A stretch of DNA of 63,268 nucleotides, counting the filler, from Conidiobolus incongruus B7586 (Eukaryota): NCBI GenBank assembly GCA_000697335.1. It is 6 parts of 6 records of this genome, joined end to end, with 100 filler letters (N's around TTAATTAATTAA, not from the genome) between each part and the next. Parts side by side here need not be neighbours in the genome. Positions count along the whole stretch, not along the records: positions 40,977 to 46,972 come from JNEM01006396.1; positions 47,073 to 52,541 come from JNEM01006397.1; positions 52,642 to 58,772 come from JNEM01006398.1; 3 more parts are not named here. One strand, written 5' to 3'. This document shows, one piece after another, positions 41,100 to 53,880 of the stretch (within the stretch, counting starts at the first letter, position 1; every line of letters begins with the position of its first letter). Below the pieces are notes generated by a model, which searched no databases, was not told the origin of the DNA, and saw only the letters and a list, made by a program, of their open reading frames with translations. Position numbers and translations under genes: made by a program.

Positions 41100-44000
41100 A
41101 TTTTAAATTTTATTTATAACTTATTTTATTTAAATCTAAAATTATAAATTATAATGATATTAAAAAAAATACTTGTATATAGCTTTAATAATGATAGTAT
41201 CTTAATTATTAAGTAAATTTAAAACTTTAGTTTTTAAGTGTTTGTTACTCTTTAAATAACTTATATTAAATAACTTTTGATTAAGAAAAACATAATTTAA
41301 AAAGCTTAAATCTAATAAACTAATTACTTTACTATAATTAATATATTAAACCACCTTTTTAGTGTTTTTAAAGATAAACTAACTATTTATAATAATTCTA
41401 AAGGCTTATATAAGCTTGAAAACTATTTTAAAAATATAAAGAATTATCTTAATTTAATTTTTAATGAATATTTAAACAATATCTTTAAATTAGCTATTTC
41501 TTTTTTAGAAAAATCTACTTATACTTGGTAGTTAACTTATTACAAGCTTAATCCTAAAGAGTTTTTAGGGAGATAATTTATTATAAGAATATAAACCTTT
41601 AAATAGTTAGAAAAAACCCTTAAAGAAAAATATTACTTAAAAAATTAAGTTTGATTAACAAGAGAAAAGCTTTCTTAACTTAAATAAATAACTTCTAAAA
41701 GATAATTAATTAAGAAATTTAATAAGATATGTTTAAATATATTAAATATCATTGAAGAAGAATAAATCTATAAGTTATTATAATGCTTTAATCTTAAAGT
41801 AAAACTCTAGTTAATTAATAGGGAATATTTTAATAATATGTTTTTTTTAATATTTATAATATAACAATTATGATTAATGATATTTTTTACTTTATAACTA
41901 AATCTTTTTATCTTAAGAATTAATCTTTTAAAATTATTTTAATCTACTTAAATTTCAAATGACAAATGTTTTTGTTTTAAAACTTTATCAAAAAACCTTT
42001 AATAAAGGAGTTAAAGTTTACTTAAGAATAAATAAAAGTTGCTATTATTATTAAAGGACATAAGTTAATTATAGAGTTAATAAATGTTTTCTCAAAAAAC
42101 AATATCTGTTTAATTCTCAATAATTTTAATTTATTAACTATAAATCAAACTTAAATAATATCAATATCATCTTAAAATCACCTCTTTTATAATTAGTTAG
42201 CAAATTCTAATCTAATCTACAAAAGTTCTAATAGCCTAATGATTCTATAAATTAAACTATATATATTAGAGAGATCTAACTAATTAAACTACTAGAAACT
42301 AAAAATATTCTAGTAACTAATTTACTTAATAATTCTCTATCTTTAATTATCACATTATTATTTATTTTAACTAAATATTTTATAGATATACCTGTTAATG
42401 TTTTAATTAACTTTAATTGTTTTAGTTATATTATTTTCTCTTTTATTATTATAAAATTATCTTTATCTATTTAAAAAAAATAGCTTAATAATCAAATATA
42501 TTAATAATTCAATAGAACAAGTATTTAACACTATATTTATATACTTATCATTATTTCTTAATTACTCTCAATATATTAAATTCTTAGTTGATAATATTAG
42601 TTACAATTTTATACTAAATTAAAATTAATTTGAATACTATAAACTTTTATCTATAAATATTACTCTAGAAGGTTACAAATCTATTCTATTTATATTTTCA
42701 AAGAAATTAATAAAATTAATCTCAAAAAATTTGCACTATTTTATTATATAATTACCAAATATTTTACCTAATACTAACTTTATAATTTTTTCAAATAATT
42801 TTATTATTATAAGCAAAAACCAATATAAAAAACTAATTAAAAGCTTTCATAATTTATAAAGATATATATTTGTTTATTATTTATCTATTAGTATTTTATT
42901 TATTAATTTTAATGAAGTTATAACTAATAACTATTTTTTATATAATATAATAAGTTAATTTACTAATGTTCTTAAACTTATAAGTAGATTAACTCTTAAA
43001 TATAATATTAAACACAAAATTAAATTTCTCATAAATACACAACTATATTTAAAGTTTATTTATCATTTATCTCTTGAATAATATTAAACTTTAAAAGAAG
43101 AAATCTAAAAATTACTTGAAAATAAAAATATTAAACCTTCTTCCTTACTATAAAAATCTCTTATCCTCTTTATATAAAAGGCTGATAGTGGTTAAAAACT
43201 ATATATTGATAATTATGTTTTAAACTTTAAAACTATCAAGGATAAAACTTTATTATTAAACCTTTATGATATTAAAGATAAACTACTTAAATCTACTATA
43301 TTTATTAAAATAAATGTTAAAAATAATGATTATAATATTAAAGTTAAAGAAAATTCTATTCCTTTAATTATTTTCAATACTCTATTAAGCTATTATAAAT
43401 TTAATATTATAAACTTTAAAATATATAATGTTTTTGTAACTTTTATATAACTTATCAATTCTCTTTTCAACTTTATCTTTAATAACTTTATTATTATTTA
43501 CTTTGATAATATCTTAATTTATTTAAAAATTAAACAAAAATATATCTAATATATAAAAAAGTTTTACAAATTATTCAAGAATATAAATTACTTTTAAAGC
43601 TATTAAAATATATTATTAATGCTTCTTCTATCTTTTTCTATAGTTATATTTTTTTTAAAGAGTTAATATTGATTTAACTAAACTTAATAATATAAAAGCT
43701 TTTACTATACTTATAAATAAAAATCAACTTATGTTTATACTTAGATTATTAAATTACTTTAAAGATTTCATTGATTCTTTTATTGAATTTATAACTTTTC
43801 TAATTAATCACTTGAGAAAAAACTTTTTTTTAAATAAATCCTACTATATACTTTTTATATAAATGCTTTAATTTTTTATATTACTAATACTCTTTATTTA
43901 TTTTTGATCTTAAATTACCTATTATTATTTTTATTAACTTTAATTTTTTTATAATTAGTAGATAGTTAATCTAATTTAGATTTAATTTATATTTTACCCA

Positions 44001-46150
44001 TTAACTATAAAATAAAATAATAAATAAAAAAGAATAGGTTAAGTTTAACCCTATAAATATCACCTTAAAGCTTATAAAATTCTAATTAAGAAAAATAAAG
44101 CTAGCTAAATTAAAATACCTAGTTTATAAATAAAAACTCTTTACTTTAGTAGATATAATCAAAAATCATTTATATTTCTTATCTTGCAATTTTTTTTAAT
44201 ATTTACAAATTATAGATTACTTATCTATTTAAATACTCAAAAACATTTATTAAAAAAATAAGTTAAATAAATTAAAACTATCCAAGCTTATTTTTTCTTT
44301 ATCTAATATCTTTTAGGTTAATAAAATTATATTGTAGATACTTTGTTAAAAAATCTTACATACCTATTTTTTATTCTAATTATAAAAACCTAGTAGATAT
44401 TAACATAATAGTTATTAATAAAGGAAATAAAAAAATTATTAAATTATTTTAAAAAACACTACTAAATAATAATTTCTTTATTTTCATTAAAAAAAACTCT
44501 TGAAACTATTAGAAAACTAATTAAAATATATTAAAAGATTTAAAATCATTGATAACTTACTATATTATAATAATTGTTTATATGTTTCTAATATTCTTAA
44601 GATTTAACAATTAATATTTAATGAGTATTATAACTTATTTATTAAAGGACATTAAAACTAGTTAAAGATTGCTGAAAGAATTAAAATAAAATATTACTAG
44701 CTTTCCTTAGTTAAATTAATTTAGAAATAAATTAATACTTATAATATATATTAAAAAATTAAATATAATACCTAACTAAAATATAGTAAACTTATTCCCT
44801 TACAAATCCCTAATAAAATTTAATAACAAATCTAACTTGATTTCATAGAAATTTTTAAATCAACAACTAGTTATAATAACTTATTAATTGTAATTGATTT
44901 ATTCTTTAAGTATATTTATTTTTTCTTTGTTTCAAAACTTTTATAATCAAAGATATTACAAAACTATTATTCTCTAATATTTTTACCTATTATAAAATTT
45001 CATAAACTATTATATCTAATAAAGATATATAATTCAACTCTTAATTTTTAAAGTTACTATCTTTTTCCTTTAAGATTAATTTAGCTATATCTATTACTAA
45101 TCATCAATAAACTAATAAACTTGTTAAAAAAAACTATTAAAACCTTAAAATAAATGATTAAAGTTTATATTAACATTAAATAGTTAAATTAAGATACCTA
45201 TATCTATTAATTTTGATATTTATTTAATACTTTTATTAACAAATCAACAAGTTTTAGCCTTTATTTTATTAATTATAATAAATATCTTAACTTAATAATT
45301 ACTTTAAAACTTTAAACCAACTTATCTATAGATGTTGTTGAATTTTAATCTAATATTAAATATATCAATTTCCTTTTTTAAATTTAACTTAGAAGAGAAT
45401 TAAAGGATTATAAAACAACAATATTTAAAATTATTTAGGAATCCTCTTAAATATAAAATTAATATATTTATATATTTAAAATAATCTACCTTTAAACTTA
45501 CCTTATTTAAATCTAACTTAAATCTAAAATACTTGCTATTATATTATAATCCTTATAAAATTTAATCTATTAATTTAAATTTTAAAAATATTACTTTAGA
45601 ATTACCCTTAATTTTAAAAATTAACTTTACCTTTCATATATCTAAAATCAAACCTTATTTTGAAGATTTTAATATTTTTCTTAATTAATTAAAAACTTTA
45701 AAACTAGATCTAATTATTAATTAAGATAAAAAAATACTATGTTGATTATATAATTAAATTTAAATCTATTAGCAATAAGCTTTATTTCTATATAAAATAA
45801 ATAGGTTATTTTATTAAAGAAGCTATATAAGAACCCCTATAAAATATTAAGAATATCTTAACTTATTATACCTACTTATAAAAATCTAAGGAGTGTATTT
45901 CTTTTAAAAAACTTATTAAAAGAGTGTTAAAAGATTAGTTCTTTAAATTCTTATATATACTTTCATATAATTCAATTAACTATAAATTATATGATTAATT
46001 TATACTTTTATAACTAAATTAATTATATACATTATATTGAATTATTTAATAAACTGAGTTTTTTTATCCTTTCAATACTTATTATTTCTTATCTTTTTAA
46101 CTATTTTTAAGTTTGAGACTATATCCTATTAATATTATAATATATTAACA
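41100..46150 (+). mobile_element. Hypermutated Ty3/gypsy chromovirus LTR retrotransposon (gag-PR-RT-RNaseH-IN-chromodomain plus 3' LTR)
   Basis: Degraded motifs in order: gag (LAISFLEKSTYTW*), CCHC-like knuckle near 42040, protease LINFNC (from LIDSGC) near 42400, RT IKPSSLL*KSLILFI*KADSG*KLYID (from IRPSSSPWGSP.LF..KADGGWRLCID) and YFDNILIY near 43500, integrase LIPLQIP...**QI*LDFI near 44800, chromodomain YIK*IGY....I*EPL near 45800. 5' boundary approximate. Confidence 0.88.
45925..46150 (+). repeat. 3' LTR of the gypsy element (TGTTAA...TTAACA)
   Basis: Follows a purine tract (AAAAGAG) after the chromodomain; 6-bp inverted termini TGTTAA/TTAACA. Confidence 0.6.
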
Positions 46151-46324
46151 CTACCTAATATAAATCTTAATATATTAGTAACTCACCCCAGTTTAAAGCT
46201 TAATTAAACTCTGTTTATATTTGCATACTATAGTTATATTATAATATTATAATTTATGTCATACTACTCTTATATTAAGTTTTCCTCTATACTATATTAG
46301 TACTTACTACTATACTTATATTTT

Positions 46325-46972
46325 TAAATAATTGAAAAAAGCTTTTAAAAAAATATTACTTAAAAGATTAAGTTTAATTAACAAGAGAAAAGCTTTCTTA
46401 ACAAAAATAAAAAACTTTTATAAGGTAATTAATAAAGAAATTTTATGAGATATACTTAAATATATTAAATATCATTAAAGAAGAATAAATTTAGATGTTA
46501 TTATAATGTTTTAATATTTAAGTAAGATTTTAATTAATTAATAAAAAATACTTAAATATTTTTTTTCTGATATTTATAATATAATAATTATATATGAGGA
46601 TATTTTTTATTTTATAATTAAATTTTTTTACCTAAAGAATTATTCTTTTAAAATTTATTTTAATCTATTTAGATCTTAAATAATAAATATTTTTATTTTA
46701 AAGTTTTATAAGAAAATATTGAATAAAGAAGTTAAAGTTTATTTAAAAATAAATAAAAACTGTTATTATTATTAAAAAACTTAAGTTAACTATAAAGTTA
46801 ATAAATATTTGTAAAAAAAACAGTATTAATTTAATCTTCAATTATTATAATTCATTAATTACAAATTAAACTGGAATTATATTAATATAACTTTCAAACA
46901 CCTTTTTTATAATTATTTAACAAATTTTAAATTAATCCATAAAATTTTTAATAAATTAATGATTTTTTAAAT
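46325..46972 (+). mobile_element. Second, independently mutated fragment of the same gypsy family (gag region)
   Basis: Colinear with about 41600-42250 (shared ATTAACAAGAGAAAAGCTTTCTTAAC); differences are mostly transitions. Confidence 0.85.
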
Positions 46973-47072
46973 NNNNNNNNNNNNNNNNNNNNNNNNNNNN
47001 NNNNNNNNNNNNNNNNTTAATTAATTAANNNNNNNNNNNNNNNNNNNNNNNNNNNNNNNNNNNNNNNNNNNN
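46973..47072. other. Scaffold gap with spacer
   Basis: N run with TTAATTAATTAA. Confidence 0.95.
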
Positions 47073-47478
47073 GAATATTTCATTGTTCCCAGTTTTAAGG
47101 CAAGTTTCCTGTACTATCAGTGCAACTGATTCCTTCCAAAGTAATAGGGATTCTACCATCATCAGAATTATCAATGAGGCGGAATGAGTTCAAATTCATG
47201 TTGAAATTACCAGGTTCATAGTCAAAACATTAATCAACTACATGAGCAACTGTAGATTGTTGAGTTTTAGTATTGGTGACTCTAATACACATGCCACATA
47301 CAGCTAAGTTCCCAAAGACAGATGGGCCAATGGAAGTTCAAAGAGGATATATGCCAACCGGATAGGTGCATTTACCCTTTCCTTTATCAGGGTTGAGGTC
47401 ATAAGAAGTATTACCAATTCCAGTTCTCAAGTTATTGAAACCCAAGAAAGATAAATCAAATAATTGAATTGAGTGCAT
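47073..47478 (-). pseudogene. Expansin-like pseudogene, 5' part (3' end in gap)
   Basis: Reverse complement is identical to 50346-50742, including in-frame stops; ATG at 47476-47478. Confidence 0.8.
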
Positions 47479-48348
47479 AATAAATAGTAATTAATATAAT
47501 TTAATTTTTTTCATTATATTGAATGAATATTAAATAACATTATACTACTTACAATAGCTAATATATTTTACTAACAAATTAATTATATTCTGAATATAAT
47601 AACAAATATTTAAGTTAACAATTAATGATATTTAGTCTAAAAATAGATTCGGTTAATTTAGACAAATTAAGGAATGCGATTGTGTTTGGATTGATTTTTT
47701 CCGGATTTATGTGAATTGCTTAATTGAGTTTAAATAATATAAAGTTGATTAGTGTGTTGTCAAATGACTATGAAATCCATATTGGTATTGATATTATTTT
47801 AATGTTTTATAATTGATAATTTTTTAATATGAATAATTCTTTAGAATATTCTATAATTCCTAATAGAATTAAATTAAATTTTTTTATAATTATATTCTTT
47901 TTTTTTCAATTAATTATCTTGAAAAATTTTATAAAATTTAATTAAATATGAAATTCTATTAGATATATTTTAAGATTTTTTTTATATTTCAATAAAAAAA
48001 ATGATTTCATAACTTATATTATTAATAACATTTTAATTCATTTATAATTATTGAAACTTGATTTATTAAAAATTTTAATAGTGTATAGTGTGAAAAGTTC
48101 TATTAATAACTATGGTAAAATAAATGGTTTTTGGGTATGAAAGATATAGATTAATTCATTAAATTTTAATATATTATTAGTATTAAGAGTGACATCAAAT
48201 TAATCTTATTAATTTAAAGTTATTTGATATTGTATTGATTTCAATATTGGGCGGCTGATAATATGGAAATAAATTGGTATATAAGGAGTCATGATAGCTT
48301 ATGAGTCACTACTAACAATTGTATAATATTTAATTCATTTTAACAATA

Positions 48349-48987
48349 ATGTACAAATTAATATTATCACTTTTAGCTGTGTCTGTCCAATGTGCCATTT
48401 CTGGATCTGGAAATGCTAGCTACGACACTAACCCTGATGGATATGGTAAATGTAGTTTCCCTGCTGGTTACTCTACCTACTTCACTGGTGTTGGACCCTC
48501 AGTCTTCGCTGGATCTGCTTCCTGTGGCGCTTGCATTGAAATCACCAATCCTAAGACTAAAAAGACTGTTATCGCAAGAGTTGTTGACCAATGTGCTGGA
48601 TGTGGGGCCGGTGACTTGAACTTGAACAAACCTGCTTTTGAACAAATTGGAGATCCTTTTGATGGTCGTATTCCTGTCACCTGGAAGGAGGTAAGATGCC
48701 CTAATACCCCCGGAAACTTGGTCTACCAATGGTGGGCTGGTAGCAACAGATGGTGGGCTGCCGTCCAGATTAGGAATCATGCTCAAGCTATTACCAAATT
48801 GGAAGTATTTGATGGAACTCAGTATAAGCAGATGAGCCGTCGTGATGATAATTATTTCGTCGTTTCTGGAGTTGGTGCTGGCCCTCTTAAGATCAGATTG
48901 ACTGGTACTGATGGTAAAACTGTCGAAGATGCTGCCGTCCCTATTCTTGAAAACGGAGGTCAAGTTACTAGTGGAGGTCAGTTGTAA
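48349..48987 (+). CDS. Secreted expansin-like protein (EXLX: DPBB/GH45-like D1 plus CBM63 D2), intronless
   Basis: Signal peptide; CGACIEI, VVDQCAGC, AF.QIGDP..GRIPVTW; D2 GSNRWWAAVQIRNH closely resembles Bacillus EXLX1 GSSRWWAAIQVRNH. TATATAAG about 70 bp upstream. Confidence 0.92.
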   Translation: MYKLILSLLAVSVQCAISGSGNASYDTNPDGYGKCSFPAGYSTYFTGVGPSVFAGSASCGACIEITNPKTKKTVIARVVDQCAGCGAGDLNLNKPAFEQIGDPFDGRIPVTWKEVRCPNTPGNLVYQWWAGSNRWWAAVQIRNHAQAITKLEVFDGTQYKQMSRRDDNYFVVSGVGAGPLKIRLTGTDGKTVEDAAVPILENGGQVTSGGQL

Positions 48988-50336
48988 GTTCTGATTAGTA
49001 TTGTTAATAAATTATTGTGATGAGGATTAGTACTATAAGGTAATAGTCTCTTTGATTCGACCAATTATGATATATAAACTATATGCAATTATATTAGTGT
49101 TAATTACACTTCTGAACATTATTAACCGATTCATCAAAGTATAAAAAGTAATATAATACTATATAGGTTATCAGATTAGGGCTTTTCAATAAAAATTAAA
49201 TATCAATTAAAAAATCATCATATGACTATTTTTAAAGGGATATGAACCAAATCAATTTTAAAATGGTGCTGAAATATATCGATTTGAACGATATTTTACT
49301 AAAATATTTTAGGCTTATATTAAATCAGATATAAATAACTATTATTTATATAAAAACTTTCTAATGTTAAACATTTTTCAATTTTTATATATAATTAAAG
49401 GCTATTTCAAAACTTTATTAGATATGAATATAATATAACTATTTATAATTGAATCATATTTACTAGTATTATTCATTTGATATAAATAAATCATAACAAA
49501 TAATTAAATATTTGAACAATATATAATCTGAAAATAAATTAATTATTCCCAATATTAATTTATACTTAATTCTGATTATTACAAAAATGACTTATAAATT
49601 GAAAAACATTAATTATAATTTTATAGTATATCACAATTTTAAAGAAATGTTATTATTTTAGCAATTTCATAAACAAGATAATGGATGAGTAGTTATATTT
49701 AAAAATAGCTAGCTGATTTAATCAAAAATACAAAATTTTTTCGTAAAGGTTGATATTCAGAACCTCTAAATTTTATTTTTAGATAAGTAAAAAATAAATG
49801 TTACTAGTTTATACATCACTAAATAACCTTAAAGTTTAAAGAAATACTATGATTGGATAAATTTCTGCTTAACCTGAAAGTTATAATTGAAGTATGTATT
49901 AAATTGATTCAATATATATGAGATAACTGAAAAAAAAATAAATACTCTCTTTGACTCAAATTTTCATCACTTCAAACAAATATTAAATGGATAATGAATA
50001 TTATTTCAAAAAAAAATTTATAACAATTAATTAGTTAATGGATTAAGAATTAAAATCAATGTTCTAATATAGGACCACTTATTTTAAGATTAAAGTTTTT
50101 TAAACATGATTAATTTTTATTCAAAATATACCTGTTATATGAATTAACCAAAATTCTATATTTAGCTGAAAATTTTAACATTATCTGTAATTTAGATTAG
50201 GTATTGGGAATTAAAAATTAAAGATTTGACTGTTTTTGGTGAGTGATGAATTTGAAAAAGTATATAGTTTAGAGAAGACTGTTGGTCTAGTAATAACAAC
50301 TTAATTTTTAAACAGTCAATAATATCTTTTCAAATA

Positions 50337-50981
50337 ATGCGTTCTATTCAATTATTTGATTTATCTTTCTTGGGTTTCAATAACTTGAGAACTGGAATTG
50401 GTAATACTTCTTATGACCTCAACCCTGATAAAGGAAAGGGTAAATGCACCTATCCGGTTGGCATATATCCTCTTTGAACTTCCATTGGCCCATCTGTCTT
50501 TGGGAACTTAGCTGTATGTGGCATGTGTATTAGAGTCACCAATACTAAAACTCAACAATCTACAGTTGCTCATGTAGTTGATTAATGTTTTGACTATGAA
50601 CCTGGTAATTTCAACATGAATTTGAACTCATTCCGCCTCATTGATAATTCTGATGATGGTAGAATCCCTATTACTTTGGAAGGAATCAGTTGCACTGATA
50701 GTACAGGAAACTTGCCTTAAAACTGGGAACAATGAAATATTCAATGACATATAGTTGTCCATACCAGAAACAATCCTCAACCTATCAAGTATATAGAAAT
50801 CTTTGCTAACAATCAATGGGTTACTCAATCTCACAGAAGTGACAATCAATTCATTGTCAGAGGAGTTGGTAATGGTCCTTATGGAACTTGTGTTACAGGT
50901 GAAGATGGCAAATCTGTTGAAGATAACGCTGTCCCAACTTTGGAACAAGAAAGTATTGTTGTAAGCAGTGGAAATATCTAA
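50337..50981 (+). pseudogene. Full-length expansin-like pseudogene
   Basis: Colinear with the 56691 copy over 215 codons; in-frame stops at about 50476, 50583, 50718, 50733 and 50745. Confidence 0.9.
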
Positions 50982-52541
50982 TTGTGATCTATTTTTATGA
51001 ATATATCATATACATTATATTTGTATATCACATTTAATCAAGAAATTTCTATTGAATATACCTCTCTATTCCTGTCAATAATATTTATTCGAATTATATA
51101 TAATTTTTATAAATCAAGTATATTTTCTATTTTATATTTTAAGCTATAACTGGAAAACCTGAATGAAATTCATATTTTTTCCATATCCATAATCAGTTAT
51201 ATTTTTAATTTAAATAAAAAACTAACTCAATTTTTATTATCTTTATTAATTTTATTTTGAAGATCCAATTAAATTCCTTGAGGTAATAATATATGTTACA
51301 GGCAAGTATTTTGATAATAAAGCCACTCCTATGATGTCATCAGATGTTGTCATCACTCTTGATTCACTTATATACTACAAAGCCTTATTAGCCATCTATA
51401 GTCTTTATCTCAGTATTGATGAACTTTAACCATTTAGAAAGTGGGTTATAATCCATTTACCCTGGATATATAACTTTAATTAAAAACACTACAATGAAAA
51501 ACCTTTTTCCATCATAAATCCATCAATTACTTAAATATTTGAGTTATTACTTACCAATTGGTGATTAAGTCAAGAACTAAGATAATATTAAATCTTTAAA
51601 ACCTTTGGTTAATAACATTGTGGATAATTGTGATTTGCAAACAATCCAAATTATAATTTCAATATTTTTGCCTTTAGATATATGTAATCAGTAGAATATC
51701 TAATTTTTTACCAAATTTTTAATATTGAGTTATAATTTATCATCAATATATATTGATTTGTTATTTATCAAAATATTATAAGATTTTTAATTTTATAAAT
51801 AAAATTCAGCTTTATTATGCTATATTTATGTTAATTATAATATTCTTATAAAATATATTATAATTATTCTGGATTTTAGGTTGATTTAATTAGATTTTTT
51901 AATTTAATATTAAATTATCATTGAATTTGATTTATAAAGTATTATTTAATTTAAAAAATAAAATCATATTTAATATTTTATTGCTTAAACTTAAGATTAA
52001 AAAATTGATATTAAAAGAACTGATAAAATAATATAGATATTATAAATAATATAATTTAAACTTTAAAATGACTAATATACTTCAAATTTATAATAAAATT
52101 TTTATATTATTTTTCAAAAAAACATTACTATAAAAATTAAACAAAAGCAAAATTTTAAAATTAAAATTAAATATAATTTTTAATAAATAGTATAAATTAT
52201 TAAATAAATGAATAATATAATGCTAATATTATCTTTAATAATTAAAAACCTTTTATTATAATTTTGGTAAACTTTTAACATTTAAAAACTATTGATTATT
52301 ATAATTAAATTTAATATTTTAAATATATATTAAATTTGTATTTTATGATTTTTTTATATAAATAAAATTTCTGGTAATTTAAAATAAATTTAAAATTATA
52401 AATTATAATCTAGAGAGTATATATAATATATTAGTATCTTTTGATTAGTTATATAAAAAGTCTTATATAATTTTACCCATATATAATTTATAATTATTAT
52501 TTACAAAATTAAATAATTTATAATTATTATTTACAAAATTA

Positions 52542-52641
52542 NNNNNNNNNNNNNNNNNNNNNNNNNNNNNNNNNNNNNNNNNNNNTTAATTAATTAANNN
52601 NNNNNNNNNNNNNNNNNNNNNNNNNNNNNNNNNNNNNNNNN
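52542..52641. other. Scaffold gap with spacer
   Basis: N run with TTAATTAATTAA. Confidence 0.95.
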
Positions 52642-53159
52642 CCTATCCCCTTTACACCTCAGTTGGTCCTTCTGTCTTTGGCGACTCAACCGTATGTGGT
52701 ATGTGTATCAAAGTAACTAATACTAAGACCCAACAATCTACTGTGGCTCATGTGGTTGATCAATGTTTGAACTGTGGACCTGGAGATCTTAACATGAATT
52801 TGAATTCATTCCGTCTTATTGGTAATCCTGATGATGGTAGAGTTCCTATCACATGGGAAGAAGTTCGTTGTACCGATACTACCGGAAACTTGTCTTATAA
52901 TTGGGAACAAGGAAGTAATCAATGGTATGCAGTCGTCCAAATCAGAAATAATCCTCAACCTATCAAAAGCTTTGAATTTTTAGTGAACAATCAATGGGTT
53001 GCTCAAACTCGTAGAAGTGACAATCACTTCATCGTACAAGGAGTTGGCAATGGTCCTTATAGAATTCGTGTCACTGGCGAAGATGGTAAATCTATTGAAG
53101 ACAACTCTGTCCCAATTTTGGAACAGGGAGGTGCTGTTGTAAGCAGTGGAAATATTTAA
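52642..53159 (+). CDS. Expansin-like protein, 5' end hidden in gap
   Basis: Open frame YPLYTSVGPSVFGDSTVCGMCIKV...GSNQWYAVVQIRN...VVSSGNI*. Confidence 0.85.
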
Positions 53160-53379
53160 TATATGCATATTCAAATGTATTTTTAAAAATTCAATTATCA
53201 GTTATGAAAGAAATCACAGATTTTTTAATTTCTAATTTTCCAAATATATTGCTAGTTTTATAAAATAAAATATATGCAAAATAAATCAGAGAATGATATT
53301 TTGAAACTATATATATATTCATTCAATATTACTTTTTAATAAAATATTTTTATTGAAAAATATATTATTGAATTTAATC

Positions 53380-53880
53380 ATGTTTAAACTAAAAAGTGAT
53401 CATAAAAAGTTTATTATTACTATTAAGACTCAATCACAAACTTTCTAATATCATTTTTAAATTGTAAACAAAATATTAATTAAAGCATTATTTAAAACTA
53501 CCATTTATTGCTAGATTTATTACTTAAAAGCTAAAAATGATTTTATCTAAAATTCATCAAAATCTAAAAGATTAATTTTTACCAATACCCTTTTATTAAA
53601 AAATAAATATTATATTAAAAAAACTTTTTATTTTAGCTAAAAAAATATCAAAATAGCTCTATATTAATAATAAAAGTAAATTTTATATATTAAAATTTAA
53701 ATTTAATTTGATTTATAAAAATATTAAATAAAAATCATTTAACTTATTAAAAGCTTAAAAAATCAAATAATTGTAATTAAATAAAATTTATTAAGATATA
53801 ATTAAAAACAAAGATTTATATATTAAATCATTATTATTGATGAATTTTAAACTTTTTGGTATAATCTTTTATTTAAAGCA
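53380..53880 (+). mobile_element. Hypermutated mariner transposase relic
   Basis: ALFKTTIYC*IYYLKAKNDFI*NSSKSKRL (from ALSKTTIYRWI.YLKAGNDSIQDSPRSGRP), KNIK*KSFNLLKA*K, IIIIDEF* (from IIT.DESW, first catalytic Asp). Nucleotide similarity to 27.7 kb. Boundaries approximate. Confidence 0.65.

Noticed and set aside
48392..48963. Overlapping and antisense ORFs in the expansin genes (also 50628-50948, 52980-53174, 56985-57318, 58587-58820)
   Set aside because: Shadows of the expansin reading frames.
52484..52541. About 30-bp direct tandem repeat
   Set aside because: Only two low-complexity units at a contig end; probably an artefact, not an array or CRISPR.
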